From the human T2T-CHM13v2.0 reference genome, Homo sapiens, in the NCBI RefSeq assembly GCF_009914755.1, contig NC_060941.1: a DNA stretch of 64,000 nucleotides; one strand, written 5' to 3'. The translations under genes were made by a program, and so were the position numbers. Every line of letters begins with the position of its first letter. Positions within the stretch are counted from its first letter, which is position 1. Positions 1-13,530 of the stretch are shown here, piece by piece. The notes beneath the pieces were generated by a model. That model was not told where the DNA came from. It worked only from the letters and a program-made list of their open reading frames with translations, and searched no databases.

Positions 1-2559
1 TTCCTATTGGTATGTGGGGTGCTATGCAGACTTATCCCTTAGCTTTAAGTTCCTGGTCAAGAGCTTCTGTTTCCTCATCTTAATTTGGTATTCTCATACT
101 ATTCTCATCCTACAATATATTGATTGTGCTGAGGATAAATGAGGCAAGCTTATGTCATTAAGATCAAAACCAACATTTCTTCCTGTCTCTTAAGCTTTTT
201 TTTTTTTTTTTGCATTTTGCTTCCTGTCATCTGTTGATGATGGAAGAAAACAGTGCTTTCTTATTTTTTTTCCTGTTTCTGAAATAATCTACCTTTAATC
301 ATCATCTCATTTTTTTAGCAAAGTCGGACATTTACAATCTATATTTTCCATGTTTCAGATCATTCTGTATGTGCGTATCTATACCTGTTTTTGAGTTTTT
401 ATTGCCACTGCTTATGTTGGGAGGATTTAGGCAGCCCTTTTCAGTTAAAAGTGAGCTCTTTGGGGAAAGCGATGTCTTCCATCGTTTTCCTCTTCATCTT
501 CTTACAACTATCTTCACTTCTCTCTTCTGGTCAACTTAACATATGGGAATAATGGGAAGTTAATGGGTCCTCATGGCAGTGAGACAGGGGGCCTTGAGTC
601 TATAATCATCTCTGAACCCACGGTGGTCTCTGCCCTGGCTTGACTGATCTGGTCTAATCCCTGGGCACTCACATCCATGTCTACTCACACAGTCCAAGCC
701 CATCTGGCCTTTTGCAACAGCATGCTCACATTGACTATTGATATCTTGCTCCTCAACTTTGCTCTTGAAGGTTTTGTATTCTGTTCTGGCCCCTCTGTTA
801 ATAATCCACTGGTATTTCCAGCCTCTTTATACCCACTCATTCACAAGAGCTTCTAAGACACTCTAAATCTCCTCCACACCACATATCAAGTATGGAAGAC
901 CCAAAGTCTACCTCCAAGCCCCTTGCATAGATGCCCACCTCAGCTCCTGGGCTCCACGTTGCTCTGGCACCCAGTTAAGTATGAAGCATTTTAAATGAGG
1001 CTTAAAATGGTCCTAGTATGTGGCCAGAGAAGTGAGGAACAAACTGCCCTGCTCTGGAATTCCCCTCAAAATTCACCTTTTTTTCCCCTATTAATTCTTT
1101 GATGATCATTTTAAACTCAAGAGGATGGTCGTGACTCATATGTCTGACTTTTTGTTCCTCTCCTTCCCTGTACTCCTTCCACCTGCAGCTGTACACCCTT
1201 TCTTCACTTCCTCCTTAGACAGAGCGGGTACTTCTCGCACAGAGTATTGAGTTTTATCTACTCATGAATTATAGCAAAACTTGATATTTGAATCTCCAAA
1301 CTCTGCCTTTAAAATGTCAGAGGAACTTTTGGCAGTTTGTAATCTTTTTTGTTTCTTAACAAAGACTAGTTTTCAAGACTCTCATTTCTCCAGGAAGAAG
1401 AACTTATAGCTGGAGGCCTCCTATGTTTCTTAGTTCTTTCTCTGCCTTTCTTCTTTTCTCTACTTCTTTCAACAAATATTGATTGAATGCCCACTATTTC
1501 CTCTCCAAGCCTGTTTTAGTTGGAGTAGAGAATAGTGTTCATTCATTGTAAAATTTTGAAAGTGGACTTACATGTACGTTAGCTGTGTTCTGCTAGGAAG
1601 AACAAGACTAGGATAAAAAAATACTGTCAGGCTGTTTAGTAGAACTTTTTTTTTTTCTCCCTCTCTCTTTCATAAGAGCCAGATTCTGTGTTTAATTTAA
1701 CTACAACTTATAGTCACTGTCTTGCCCCTAAATTGGATTTTGATTGCTATGGTTATTTAGCTAGTTGGTTAGAGGCCAAAGTCATAGTTTTCATTCAAGT
1801 CTAAATTGAGCCTGTAAATGTTTTCATTACATTATAGACACACAGATTTTAAAAACGTTTAGGTCCAAGAAAAGAGAAAAAATAATTATTAAAATCTGCT
1901 GGGGGAAAAATATTGTAAATACAGGATGTGATGACAGTCACTTGGTGTGTCGTTGTCAGAGAGTGGACAGTACTGCTGTCATCTTGATAGCAAACCCATA
2001 GTATATATCCCCTTCTCTTCTTCCTGTGGGCACCTCTGGGGCTCAGCCCCTCAACCCCTTGCTTGTCTTCATGACAGCAGCCTCCTAACTTCTCCCTTAA
2101 CCAGCCTCCAGTCATTCCCCACCAATCTATATTCTGTTGAGCAACCAGAATCATCTGGGGAGAAGGATGAGCCTAATTTTAGAATTTAGCTTGGACCTTA
2201 TAAGTAGTCATTTTACAACTCAAACCACATTTTTGAAGCTAAGAGTTTGCTATTAAGAGATATGAGACTCAGCAAGGGACCATTGTCTACTCCTTGCCAG
2301 TCTCCAGGAATACAATATAAAAGGGAATGAGAAAAAGGATAAGCAAAGGACCGTATCAATTCTGTGCAACAGTGGAAAGTACTAACTCCATTGTGAGTGG
2401 TATAGCCTTGCAAACTTAGAAGGGGATGGGAAAATAGCTCTTCTCCACCTTTGGAATAAGAGTAAGGCTAAAAAACTCACCCACTTGCAGAGGACAGGTA
2501 GGTAAAGTCAACGCGCATTGCAGGCTGTTTTCAGATGAAAAGGAGTGGCTGAGACCATG

Positions 2560-2742
2560 GCATGCTGCAGAGAGCCTGGCTTACGCAAAGGGGCTGCCAC
2601 TGCTTAGCTCCAGGACAATCAACATTTTTCATTTTTTTCTGAGGCATCTGGAAATCTAGATTTTCACGTGCAATTTTATAACTTTTTCATGCAAACTGTG
2701 TGTTGGATTTGGCCAAGGGACTTCCAGTTTGTGATTTCTGGT
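2560..2742. mobile_element. hAT-Charlie MITE relic (MER103/MER58-like)
   Basis: tctggaaatctagatttt...gttggatttggcc...cagtttgtgatttctgg resembles the MER103C/MER58 terminus; boundaries approximate. Confidence 0.45.
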
Positions 2743-2849
2743 TTCGACTGTAATATATCTGAAAGTTAATGCTTGTTCTTGGGAGCTGGTGCTAGTTTGT
2801 GATGGTAGTAGTGGTGGTAACGTATGTGATTAAATAGTTACTTTCTGGA

Positions 2850-3210
<361 letters not shown>

Positions 3211-3246
3211 CTAGAGATGCTTCCTTTATCTCCAGCTGCTCCTTCT

Positions 3247-3535
3247 TGATTATTATTATTATTATTATTATTAGTTTTATTATTATTGAGACAGAGTCTC
3301 GCTCTGTCACCCAGGCTGGAGTGCAGTAGCCGAATCTTGGCTCACTGCAACCTCCGCCTCCTGGGTCCAAGCTATTCTCCTGCCTCAGCCTTCTGAGTAG
3401 CTGGGACTACAGGCACGTGCCACCACGCCTGGCTAATTTTTGTATTTTTAGTAGAGGTGTGGTTTCGCCATTTTGGCCAGGCTGGTCTTGAACTCCTGAC
3501 CTCAGGTGGTTCACATGCCTCAGCCTCCCAAAGTT
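3247..3535 (-). mobile_element. AluS, ~35 nt 5'-truncated, (TAA)n tail
   Basis: Antisense Alu ending at cagcctcccaaagt; 14-bp TSD cagctgctccttct at 3233-3246 and 3537-3550. Confidence 0.92.
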
Positions 3536-4531
3536 TCAGCTGCTCCTTCTGAAGTGCCCTTCACCCTTGCCCATCCCCTCCTCCATATGCATACGCATAA
3601 GAACAGACTATTCTGCAGGACTGGAAGTGTCAAGGCTTTGAAATGTTTGCTTCCATCCCCTGGAGCCTTTTGTAGCTTGAGTAACTTAGATTTGAAGACA
3701 AGTGCTGCTGGGGAACAGGCCATGACTTTTGGCATATGACCAGTCTGGGTGGATATGGGGTGGTGTATCTAGAAAGCTTGATATAAAGGCTCACAGTGGA
3801 GATTTGAGTACAGATTTATTTTTTTCTGAGAAAGGTAAACATGAAGTTTGAGAAGCAAGGGGAGGAAATGGAACTTTAGGAAGCATTTCGTATGGGTTAT
3901 GAGAAAACTCATACTGAACATACAGTTATGAGGGTTCCCCCTGTGTTATCGTTTCAGTCTCATTGGAAAGACTGGTTTTTTTTAAAAAAGGTTTGAATGA
4001 ATGAGGTAAGTGCAGAATGTGATCCTAAGAGAGTGTATGCACAAGAGAAACTGACTTCGATTTGAGGCAGGTGGGCAAGCATCAGAGTGGACCTCCCCAA
4101 GAAGTGAGGAAGATCCGAAGGATGGGACAGGAGGAGAGGAGATGGGAAATCATTCCAGGCAGTGGGGCCACAAAAACAAAGCATGTGGCAGGAAGAAACG
4201 TGGGGCATCCCAGGACCTGGCAGGAGATCGGAGCAGGTAATAGATCAAGAGCAAGGGTGTAGCACAGTGGGAGGTGAACTTGGAAAGAGGTGGAGCCACA
4301 CTGGGCAAAGATTTTCATTCCCTAAGCACAAGGAGAATGCCAGAAAAAAAATTAAGTAAGGCAGACACTGAGTCAAAACTGACATGGGAAAAGAGCATCC
4401 TGGCTTCAGTGCAGAAAATGGATTCAAGCAGGAAAAAAGTGGAGACAGTGGAACCTTAGAAAGCTTATTTGGGCTAATATATTTTTATCTCTTACTATGC
4501 ATTAGAGACTGTTCTAAATTCTTTTTAGCAT

Positions 4532-4991
4532 CGTGATGGCTCATTTCATATGCTAGCTTGACTGGGCTAAGGGATGCCCAGATATCTGGTAAAATATTAT
4601 ATTTGGGTGTGTCTGTGAGGGTGTTTTTGACAGAGATGAGCATTTGAATTGGTAGACTGAGTCAAGAAGGCCTATCCTTACTAATATGGGGAGGCATCTT
4701 CCAATCTATCAAGGGCCCTATAGAACAAAAAGGCTAGGGAAGGGAAAATTCACTCTCTCTTCTTGAGCTGGGATGTTCATCCTCTCCTGGCCTTGGATAT
4801 TCGTACTTCTGGTTCTTGGGCGTTCAAACTCAGACTGAATCACACCACTGGCTCTCCTGGTTCTCCAGTTGCAGATGACATATTATGGGGCTTCTAGGTC
4901 TTCATACCATGTGAGCCAATTCTATAATAAATTTATTCTTATACATATGTCTGTATTGATTCTGTTTCTCTGGAGAACTCTGACTAATCCA
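4532..4991 (+). mobile_element. MLT2 (ERVL) solo LTR, MLT2D-like
   Basis: gtgatgg...cttgactgggctaagggatgcccagat...gggtgtgtctgtgagggtgttt...gtttctctggagaactctgactaat; TSD agcat/agcag. Confidence 0.85.
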
Positions 4992-5033
4992 AGCAGAAAT
5001 GTATTAAATCTTCACAAAGTTCTTTGAGTTAGG

Positions 5034-5448
5034 TGATGTAATTTGGATCTTTGTCCTCTCCAAATCTCATGTTGAAATTTGACCCCCCAGTGTTTGAGGT
5101 GTGGTCTAAAAGGGGATGTTTGGATCATGGGGTGGATCCCTCATGAATGGCTTGGTGCCATCCTTGTGATAATGGGTGAGTTCTCATTCTATTAGTTTTT
5201 GCAAGAACTGATTGTTAAAAAGAGCTTGGCACCTCCCTCCTCTCTCTTCCTTCCTCTTGCTGTGCGATACTGGCTCCACTTCACTTTCCCCCATGAATAG
5301 AGGCATCCTGAAGTGTACCCTACAAGCAGATCCTGGCACCATGTTTCCCATACAGCCTGCAGAACCATGAGCCAAGTAAACCTTTTTTATTTACAAACTA
5401 CCCCAAACCTCAGCTATTCCTTTATATCAATACAAATGATCAAAGATG
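5034..5448 (+). mobile_element. MST (MaLR) solo LTR, MSTB-like
   Basis: ccaaatctcatgttgaaatt...ggatcatggggtggatccctcatgaatggcttggtgcc...cagcctgcagaaccatgagcca; TSD ttagg/gtagg. Confidence 0.85.
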
Positions 5449-5550
5449 GTAGGTAGTATGCTTACTTTATATATGAAGACACTAAGACACAAAGAGTATG
5501 ACTTTCCCAAGTTTATACAGCAGCTAACTGGCTTGGGTAAGGTAGTGCTA

Positions 5551-5901
<351 letters not shown>

Positions 5902-6919
5902 CTAAGACCTGCAGAACTTGATGGATTCGAAATGGAATATGAAAGCCAGGCATTAGAGAAGTGTGTGCTAGTGGATGGAGGGTGGAAATATTCCTTAACA
6001 TTGAATTGCTGAGGAACCCCAGGTCACACAGCTAATAAGAGAAAGAGGAGGAATCCACCTAGGTATTCGAGCTCAAGGGTCCCTACTCCCTAACCAGTAC
6101 ATTATATCACATATTTTAAAAAATCACTCCTGGGAAGACGGAGGAGACATAGCATAGCTCCCAACAAACAGCATAATTAAAGTCCTCATTAGACAATTTT
6201 CTTTCTTTTCTTCAGTTCATATTGGACCACCAGCTGCCAGTCTTCTGGCCCTGGACCCTTGCCCTCCACAGCCTTCCTGCTACTCGAGGGCTGCCGTCCA
6301 CCATCCTGGCTCAGGATGCCTCCTCATCTCTCTCCCTTTTTTTTTTTTTTTGAGTCAACTTATTTAATTCTGGCCTGAGTCATTTATTTTCTCTATAACC
6401 TCACATCCCATGCATACCAAATCTTTCTGCAAACTAAGCTCTCTCAGGTTACTAAAATGTACTTCATGAGGGACTAGAAATTATATATACAAAGCATAAA
6501 CACACACACACTTATATACAAACGTATATACATATATGTATACTTATATATATGGATGTGTATGTATAGAAATAATTTACAAATACATAATTTTCTAGCA
6601 AAAACTGATATTTTTCTATTATATTGCTTTCTTTTACTCTCATTAAATTACAAAATAATTAACAGTTAATGGGTCCTCAGGGAACATGTAGTCCAATGCA
6701 CCGACTTCACAGAAGAGAAAATTGAGTCCTAGCCTGGGGAAGGGGCTTGTCCTAATCTACCCTCATCCCTTTGTGATATTGCACCATCGTAGTCCTTCCT
6801 TTCCCAAATCTCTTTATTCCTCAGTCCATCCCAAACACCACTGCCAGATTTTTCATCATCTGACTTTCTTGGTCAAGCATCGCAGTGGTTTCTTCTGATC
6901 CTCAGGGTAAGTCTAAGTG

Positions 6920-7190
6920 TGACAGTAGGAGGCTCTAATCGTAACTTGGCTCCTGGAAAAAGCTAACATGATCCCAAGTTTACTTGGCCATTGGGTGTGT
7001 GACTTGGGCACTTGATTCTTCTCTATGCCTTAGTTGTCCTCATCTATAAATAATTTTTTTCGAAAGGATTAAATGAATAGATAGATAAAGATATAGGAAC
7101 AGATTTAAATAAAGAAATAGCTATTAGCTGTTTATAATAAGATCTGGTACACAGTAAATGCTATGTGAATGCTTGTTATCATTATTTCTG
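6920..7190 (+). mobile_element. MIR relic
   Basis: tgtgacttgggcact...ctctatgccttagttgtcctcatctataaa...ctggtacacagtaaatgct core. Confidence 0.55.
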
Positions 7191-7899
7191 TTGTTGATAA
7201 TATTAATATTTGTTTTTACTCTGGTACTTCTGGGCTTCTGTAATTGGTTGTGCTGATTTTTTTAATACTCCACCCACTTCCCTTGTTTCATTTTTGAAGA
7301 ATGTTAATGTCTGCTCTGTGTACCCCATTTCCCCCACCCCCACTGGACCTTGTATTAGGACTCCTCATTTTATGGGGATTGTTTGTAAACTTCTGCATGT
7401 TGGTTGTCAACAGTCGAAATGCCCTGAGGGAGGTCTGACATTGTGGGTCCAGTTTCCGTCTAAATTGTTAAGCTATTTCAAGTGCCCTGAATCTCTCTTG
7501 ACTCAGAATCTAGGAGAATAGTTATTTCTCCCCGGTTTCACAATCAATGCAAAAATGTAGGCATCAAATCAGTTTTTATTCATCAAGTCCTGGGGTTAGT
7601 GCCTTGTTTTTTGTGCCTGGTGATCCTAAATCCATGTATTTGTTGATCCAATAGATGCAATCGAGGAGCATTTTTTGTATGTAAGCACCAGATCCTTTGC
7701 TAGGCAGATTGTAGGGAAAAGATGGTTAAGTCACAAAGTCTGGTTGACACAATAATATTATACACTCGTGAGACCTTGAACACATACTTAAGGATAAAAG
7801 AACAGGGACGTCATAATTTGCAACGGTTGTCTATTCCCTTTGATTTTTTTCAAAGACATAACCGAAATGACAATACTTTCATTTACTTTTCATTAATTT

Positions 7900-8070
7900 G
7901 CATTAGCTGACATCTATTGGATGTGTCACAAACTATGTTGAACTGTATATTTTATCTCATTTGACCCTAAAGACGAGGCTATGATGTAGGCATTTTTATT
8001 ATCTCCACTTTAAAGATAAGAAAACTGAGGCTTAGAGATGTTAAGACTTTCCCAATTTCACAAAGCGTTG
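7900..8070 (-). mobile_element. MIR relic
   Basis: tattatctccactttaaagataagaaaactgaggcttagagatgttaagactttccca. Confidence 0.6.
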
Positions 8071-8544
8071 GAATAATTGAGGTATTAATTTGAATATTAT
8101 CTTTGAGGCCAGCAAAGTTTCCTCATCGTCATTTTTCTTTCTTCATTGTTGTTCTTTGTTATCAGCATTTCACGGACAGTGAATTTCTTTGGAGGCTTTA
8201 CTTTAGCTTAGTCGCTATGTCCTTGATTTTCCCATAGTTTTTTCCTCCATGAAACTGTTTCTTCGCCACTCAATTATTTAACATATATTCATTAAGTATT
8301 TCCTCTAAGTGAATCAGTGTTTAATTAAAAATAACCAAAGTAAGTAAAAGTCCTTTGGGTGCCCTCAATTTGAGCAAATCCCAGAACTATTATACTAGAA
8401 AAACGTGGCTGCTTAGAAGCAGTGTTTGTAAACTTTCCTCTGCCACTCCAACAAAAGAACAAAATGTACGTTTTTGAAATATAAAGAAAATAAGTAGCCC
8501 TCATGTCAAAGAGTGGGTAGTCTCACATCCATAATCTTGGAAAG

Positions 8545-9852
8545 TGTCATTGATATATAATGATGCTTTGTGATCTTAAATGTCTCAAAATGGAGTCACT
8601 TATGACAAGTGACTCAGCCTCCAGTGAAATTGCTGACCCCTCAGACTGATAAGCACATGTATGGTGATAAGATGACAGACACCTGCTGTGGCCAGACACC
8701 CTGGAGACCTGACAAGATAGTAAAGCCAAAAGGCAGCCGAAGATAATGGCTTTAGACACTCCTGAAAAGGGCCATAAATAACAGCAAAGAAACTGACCAT
8801 GACCAGACGCCTCAGGAACTCCTCCCAAGAACTCTGAGGCCTTCTATCTGCTGCAAGCTCTGCTGGGAGAAGACCAGTGACCCCTCTCCCGGTTAGGGTG
8901 AAAATCTCCTATTTGGTGAAAACCCAGACTTTCCCATTGGTCTGTCGGCCTGCTGATCTCCTCAGTTACGCCCTGTGCTTCCTTTCCCCCTCTCTTTACC
9001 ACCTGTGTGTATTGAGTATATTTCCATGATTGCTGGTGTGTGAAAGTCTGCCAATAAACCGTGAATTTGTAAGTACTTAATTGGCTATGGAGTCACTGTG
9101 AAACCTCCCAGCCCCCAGTCTGAGTTAGCACAACTAGGCCGCGGATGTCAGATGTTGATTTCTCTTGAAACAGAGAAACCGGCCACTGATAAAGCTCTGA
9201 TGAGTGCTCTCATCAGACACCAGGGCTCTTATATCACCCCGAATTGGATAAAACAACACAGACACACGTGGAGTGCTTTTAAAGAGTGGAGAGTTTAATA
9301 GGCAAGAAAGAAGGGAGAAGAAAGAAGGAAGAAGCTCCCTTGTACAGAGACAGAGGGAGCGGGACTCCAAAGCCAAGAGAGGAAACCCCGAGTGCGACAG
9401 AAACGTGGCTGCTTATATGCGGGTGGAAGAGGTGGTGTCTGATTTGCATAGGGCTCAGGGGATTGGTTTGACCAGGTATGTAACTCACCTAGCCCAGGAA
9501 AAAACTGGCCCTCCCACCCTAGCCTTTTAATATGCAAATACAAGGCGCCATGATGTTCTACACACTTAGGGATATGTGGAGGTGGCCATGTTGCCAGGTG
9601 CGTGTGGGATCAAGGGCAAGGAGAAGAGGGCAGAATTGCCATGTTTGGGTGGCCGCAGTTTCTAATGGCCGGCATTTGCATATTGAAGGTTGCCAGCCTG
9701 GCTCTAAGAGCCAGGGCTTTCCTTCTAGATAAGAAACATTTCTGGAGCTGCTTTAAAAAGAAACAAAACTTCCCAAGGACTCCTTTTCCTATCTGCCTAA
9801 AATAATTTCTTAATAACTCCTGTAATACCACTATGGGAGTCAACATCTGACA
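8545..9852 (+). mobile_element. ERVL-class solo LTR (MER54/MER74-like), interrupted by a younger LTR at ~9208-9827
   Basis: Termini tgtca...tgaca; aaaatggagtcac near the 5' end; AATAAA at ~9053; the sequence resumes after the nested LTR; family name tentative. Confidence 0.55.
9208..9827 (-). mobile_element. ERV1 solo LTR, LTR9-like
   Basis: ggataaaacaacacagacacacgtggagtg...gagtttaataggcaagaa...aataatttcttaataactcctgtaata; minus-strand ATTAAA (9294-9299), TATAA (~9413-9417) and CCAAT (9462-9466). Confidence 0.7.
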
Positions 9853-11077
9853 ACCACACCTTAACCATGTGGAGGGAAGAAGTAACAACAAAAATAACAA
9901 CAACAATAACAACAAAATATCACGAGTATGCCCCAAACCACAGAAGTTCATTAAGAAGAATAAAAAGGTGATCTAGATGAAGAATAAATCAACCAACTAA
10001 GCATGAAACAAGTTTCTTCAGAATGGAAGTTCTTTCTGACTGCCATGATGAAACTGTGAATCAAGAGAGATTGACAAAATATAACTGCCAGGATTAACTA
10101 TGCTGTTTTTACCTGGATGGGAGAAGGGCAGGCAAATCTCCCAGAGGTAATTATTTCTCACAATGAACTGAGATTTATCAGAATGCAAAGAGAAAAGAAA
10201 CAATTCAAGAGCCATGGAAGAAGTGCCCATGCATGTGAAAAAGCATTTGCACAGCCCCCTGCAAGTTAACCTGTTCATTAGCAGTGCAAGTCAACACCAA
10301 GACGTCTCCCACCTTTTCTGCCATTTGCCTCTTAAGGGAGTGGAAGTGGCTCCAGTTATGAGAAGAGGCAATAAACTGATAGAGGATATGCTCAGGATTC
10401 TTTCTATCAGAGATGAAGACTTGATGGCATTTGCTAAATTGGGGAAAAAATTCCCAGGCATAAGGGTACCATTGATGGACATGAGCTGTCTCCCTAACTA
10501 GATAGAGGGAATATTAGCATAGAAATTTTTACAAATGTATCATAAAAAATAACAGACACTGAGTTCTCTTACAGTCAGTGGTGCCAGATAATTTTCCCCT
10601 TATTCTTCCCACCACCAAACCCTGTCACCAAGCAAATAAAAAAACACACTTCTGCATTAGAGAAAGTCCACACGGAGCTTCCTAAAGCCAAGGTGAATAA
10701 GATGAATAGAAATCACATTGGTGGCCAGGCCAAAACACAGTGAGTTTCCCTACCCCTTACACCCACAAAAGCTATCTAGCCTGAAAAAGGCTGATGAAAA
10801 ATCCATTCCAACTTGTACTCAAAGAAACATGACTAAAATTCTGCAACAAATTCTTACTCCTCTAAAAGAATTTAAACAGACCAAAAAAACTTATGAAACA
10901 AAGAATAAATAATGTAATAAAACAACAAGATTAGATAAAAAGGGGAAACTGCAAACTAAAGAAATACATGGGGGATTAAAAATAAGGGTGGGAGAACCAC
11001 TGGAAGACAATAAACACATTACAAACAGAAAGAAAGATAGAAATAGCTGAAATGGAATCACTAATATAAAGAAAAAG

Positions 11078-11983
11078 AAGAGGAAGTCCTAGCTACAGTG
11101 ATTATATAAGAGAAAAAAATAAAGAACATTTGAATTGGAAAGGAATAAATCAAATTATCTTTGCTAATGATATGAAAAAACCTAAAGACTCTACCAAAAA
11201 ATTATAAGAACTGATAAATTCAGTCAAGTTGCAGGATACAAAATTAATACACAAAATCAGTAGCATTTCTATGTGCCAACATTGAACAATCTGAAAAAGA
11301 AATTTAAAAAGTAATCCTATTTACAATAGCCACAAATAAATACCTAGGAATTAACCAAAGAGCTGAAAGATCTTTACATGAAAACTATAAAACACTGATG
11401 AATGAAATTGAAGAGGGCACAAAACAATGGAAAGATATTCCATGCTCATGGATTGAAAGAATCAATACTGTTAAAATGTTCATACTACCTAAAGCAATCT
11501 ACAGAGTCAGTGCAATCCCTATCAAAATATCAATGACATTCTTAGCAGAAATAGAAAAAACAATCCTAAAATTTATATGGAACCACAAAAGACCCAGAAT
11601 AACCAAAGCTACCCTGAACAAAATGAACAAAACTGGAGGAATCACATTACTTGACTTCAAATTGTACTACAGAGCTACAGTAACCAAACCAGCATGGTAC
11701 TGGCATAAAGCAGATACATAGACCAATGGAACAGAATGGAGAGCCAATCAACAAATCCATACAACTACAGTGAACTCATTTTTGACAAAAGTGCCAAGAA
11801 CATACATTAGGGAAAAGACAGTCTCTTTAATAAATGATGCTGAAAAAACTGGATATCCATGTGCAGAAGAATGAAACTAGACCCCTAGCTCACACCATAT
11901 ACAAAAATGAAATCAACATGGATTGAAGACTTAAATTGAAGACGTAAAACTATGAAAACTAAACTAAAACTTCAAGAAAACAT
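11078..11983 (+). mobile_element. L1MA-type ORF2 fragment (RT C-terminus and downstream), 3'-truncated by the VNTR
   Basis: ORF 11398-11721 ([17 protein letters not shown]...[12 protein letters not shown]...[13 protein letters not shown]) is L1 ORF2; frameshifted around it. Confidence 0.9.
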
Positions 11984-13530
11984 TATATATTATATAATAA
12001 TATATATTATATATTATATAATGATATATATTATATATTATATAATGATATATATTATATATTATATAATGATATATATTATATATTATATAATGATATA
12101 TAATATATATTATATAATGATATATATTATATATTATATAATAATATATATTATTATATAATATATATTATATATTATATAATATATATTATATATTATA
12201 TAATATATATTATATATTATATAATAATATATATTATTATATATATTATATATTATATAATAATATATATTATATATCATATAATATATAATATATTATA
12301 TATCATATAATATATAATATATATTATATATCATATAATATATATTATATATCATATAATATATATTATATATCATATAATATATATATCATATAATAAT
12401 ATATATCATATAATAATATATATTATACATCATATAATAATATATATCATATAATAATATATATTATACATCATATAATATATATCATATAATAATATAT
12501 ATTATACATCATATAATATATATCATATAATAATATATATTATACATCATATAATATATATCATATAATGTATATTATACATCATATAATATATATCATA
12601 TAATGTATATTATACATCATGTATATCATATAATGTATATTATACATCATGTATATCATATAATAATGTATATTATACATCATGTATATCATATAATAAT
12701 GTATATTATACATCATGTATATCATATAATAATGTATATTATACATCATGTATATCATATAATAATGTATATTATACATCATGTATATCATATAATAATG
12801 TATATTATACATCATGTATATCATATAATAATGTATATTATACATCATGTATATCATATAATAATGTATATTATACATCATGTATATCATATAATAATGT
12901 ATATTATACATCATGTATATCATATAATAATGTATATTATACATCATGTATATCATATAATAATGTATATTATACATCATGTATATCATATAATAATGTA
13001 TATTATACATCATGTATATCATATAATGTATATTATACATCATGTATATCATATAATGTATATTATACATCATGTATATCATATAATGTATATTATACAT
13101 CATGTATATCATATAATGTATATTATACATCATGTATATCATATAATGTATATTATACATCATGTATATCATATAATGTATATTATACATCATGTATATC
13201 ATATAATGTATATTATACATCATGTATATCATATAATGTATATTATACATCATGTATATCATATAATGTATATTATACATCATGTATATCATAATAATGT
13301 ATATTATACATCATGTATATCATATATCATATAATGTATATTATACATCATGTATATCATATATCATATAATGTATATTATACATCATGTATATCATATA
13401 TCATATAATGTATATTATACATCATATTATATATTATATTTATAATTATAATAATTATAATTATATAAATATATAAAATAAAAATAATTATAATTATAAT
13501 AATTATAATAATATATATTATAATATATAT
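11984..13530. repeat. AT-rich compound minisatellite/VNTR (24-, 30- and 33-bp units)
   Basis: Core units atataatgtatattatacatcatgtatatc (30 bp, ~11 copies) and a 33-bp variant with an extra aat (11 copies); degenerate 24-bp and (TA)-rich flanks. Confidence 0.97.

Noticed and set aside
9950-11075. Possible processed pseudogene or coding exon (ORFs 10214-10501, 10718-10912)
   Set aside because: No recognisable protein family; A-rich composition suggests a decayed L1M/HAL1 5' region; a database search is needed
12603-13300. CRISPR-like regular array
   Set aside because: Units are contiguous with no unique spacers; eukaryotic context and no cas genes
12582-13334. 236-aa and 243-aa ORFs on both strands (MYIIHHVYHI repeats)
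   Set aside because: Artefact of 30/33-bp stop-free VNTR units; no promoter, splice or compositional support
11984-13530. Identity with the FRA16B or FRA10B fragile-site repeats
   Set aside because: Only unit length and AT-hairpin character are similar; the unit differs from my recollection of those consensuses and the locus cannot be determined
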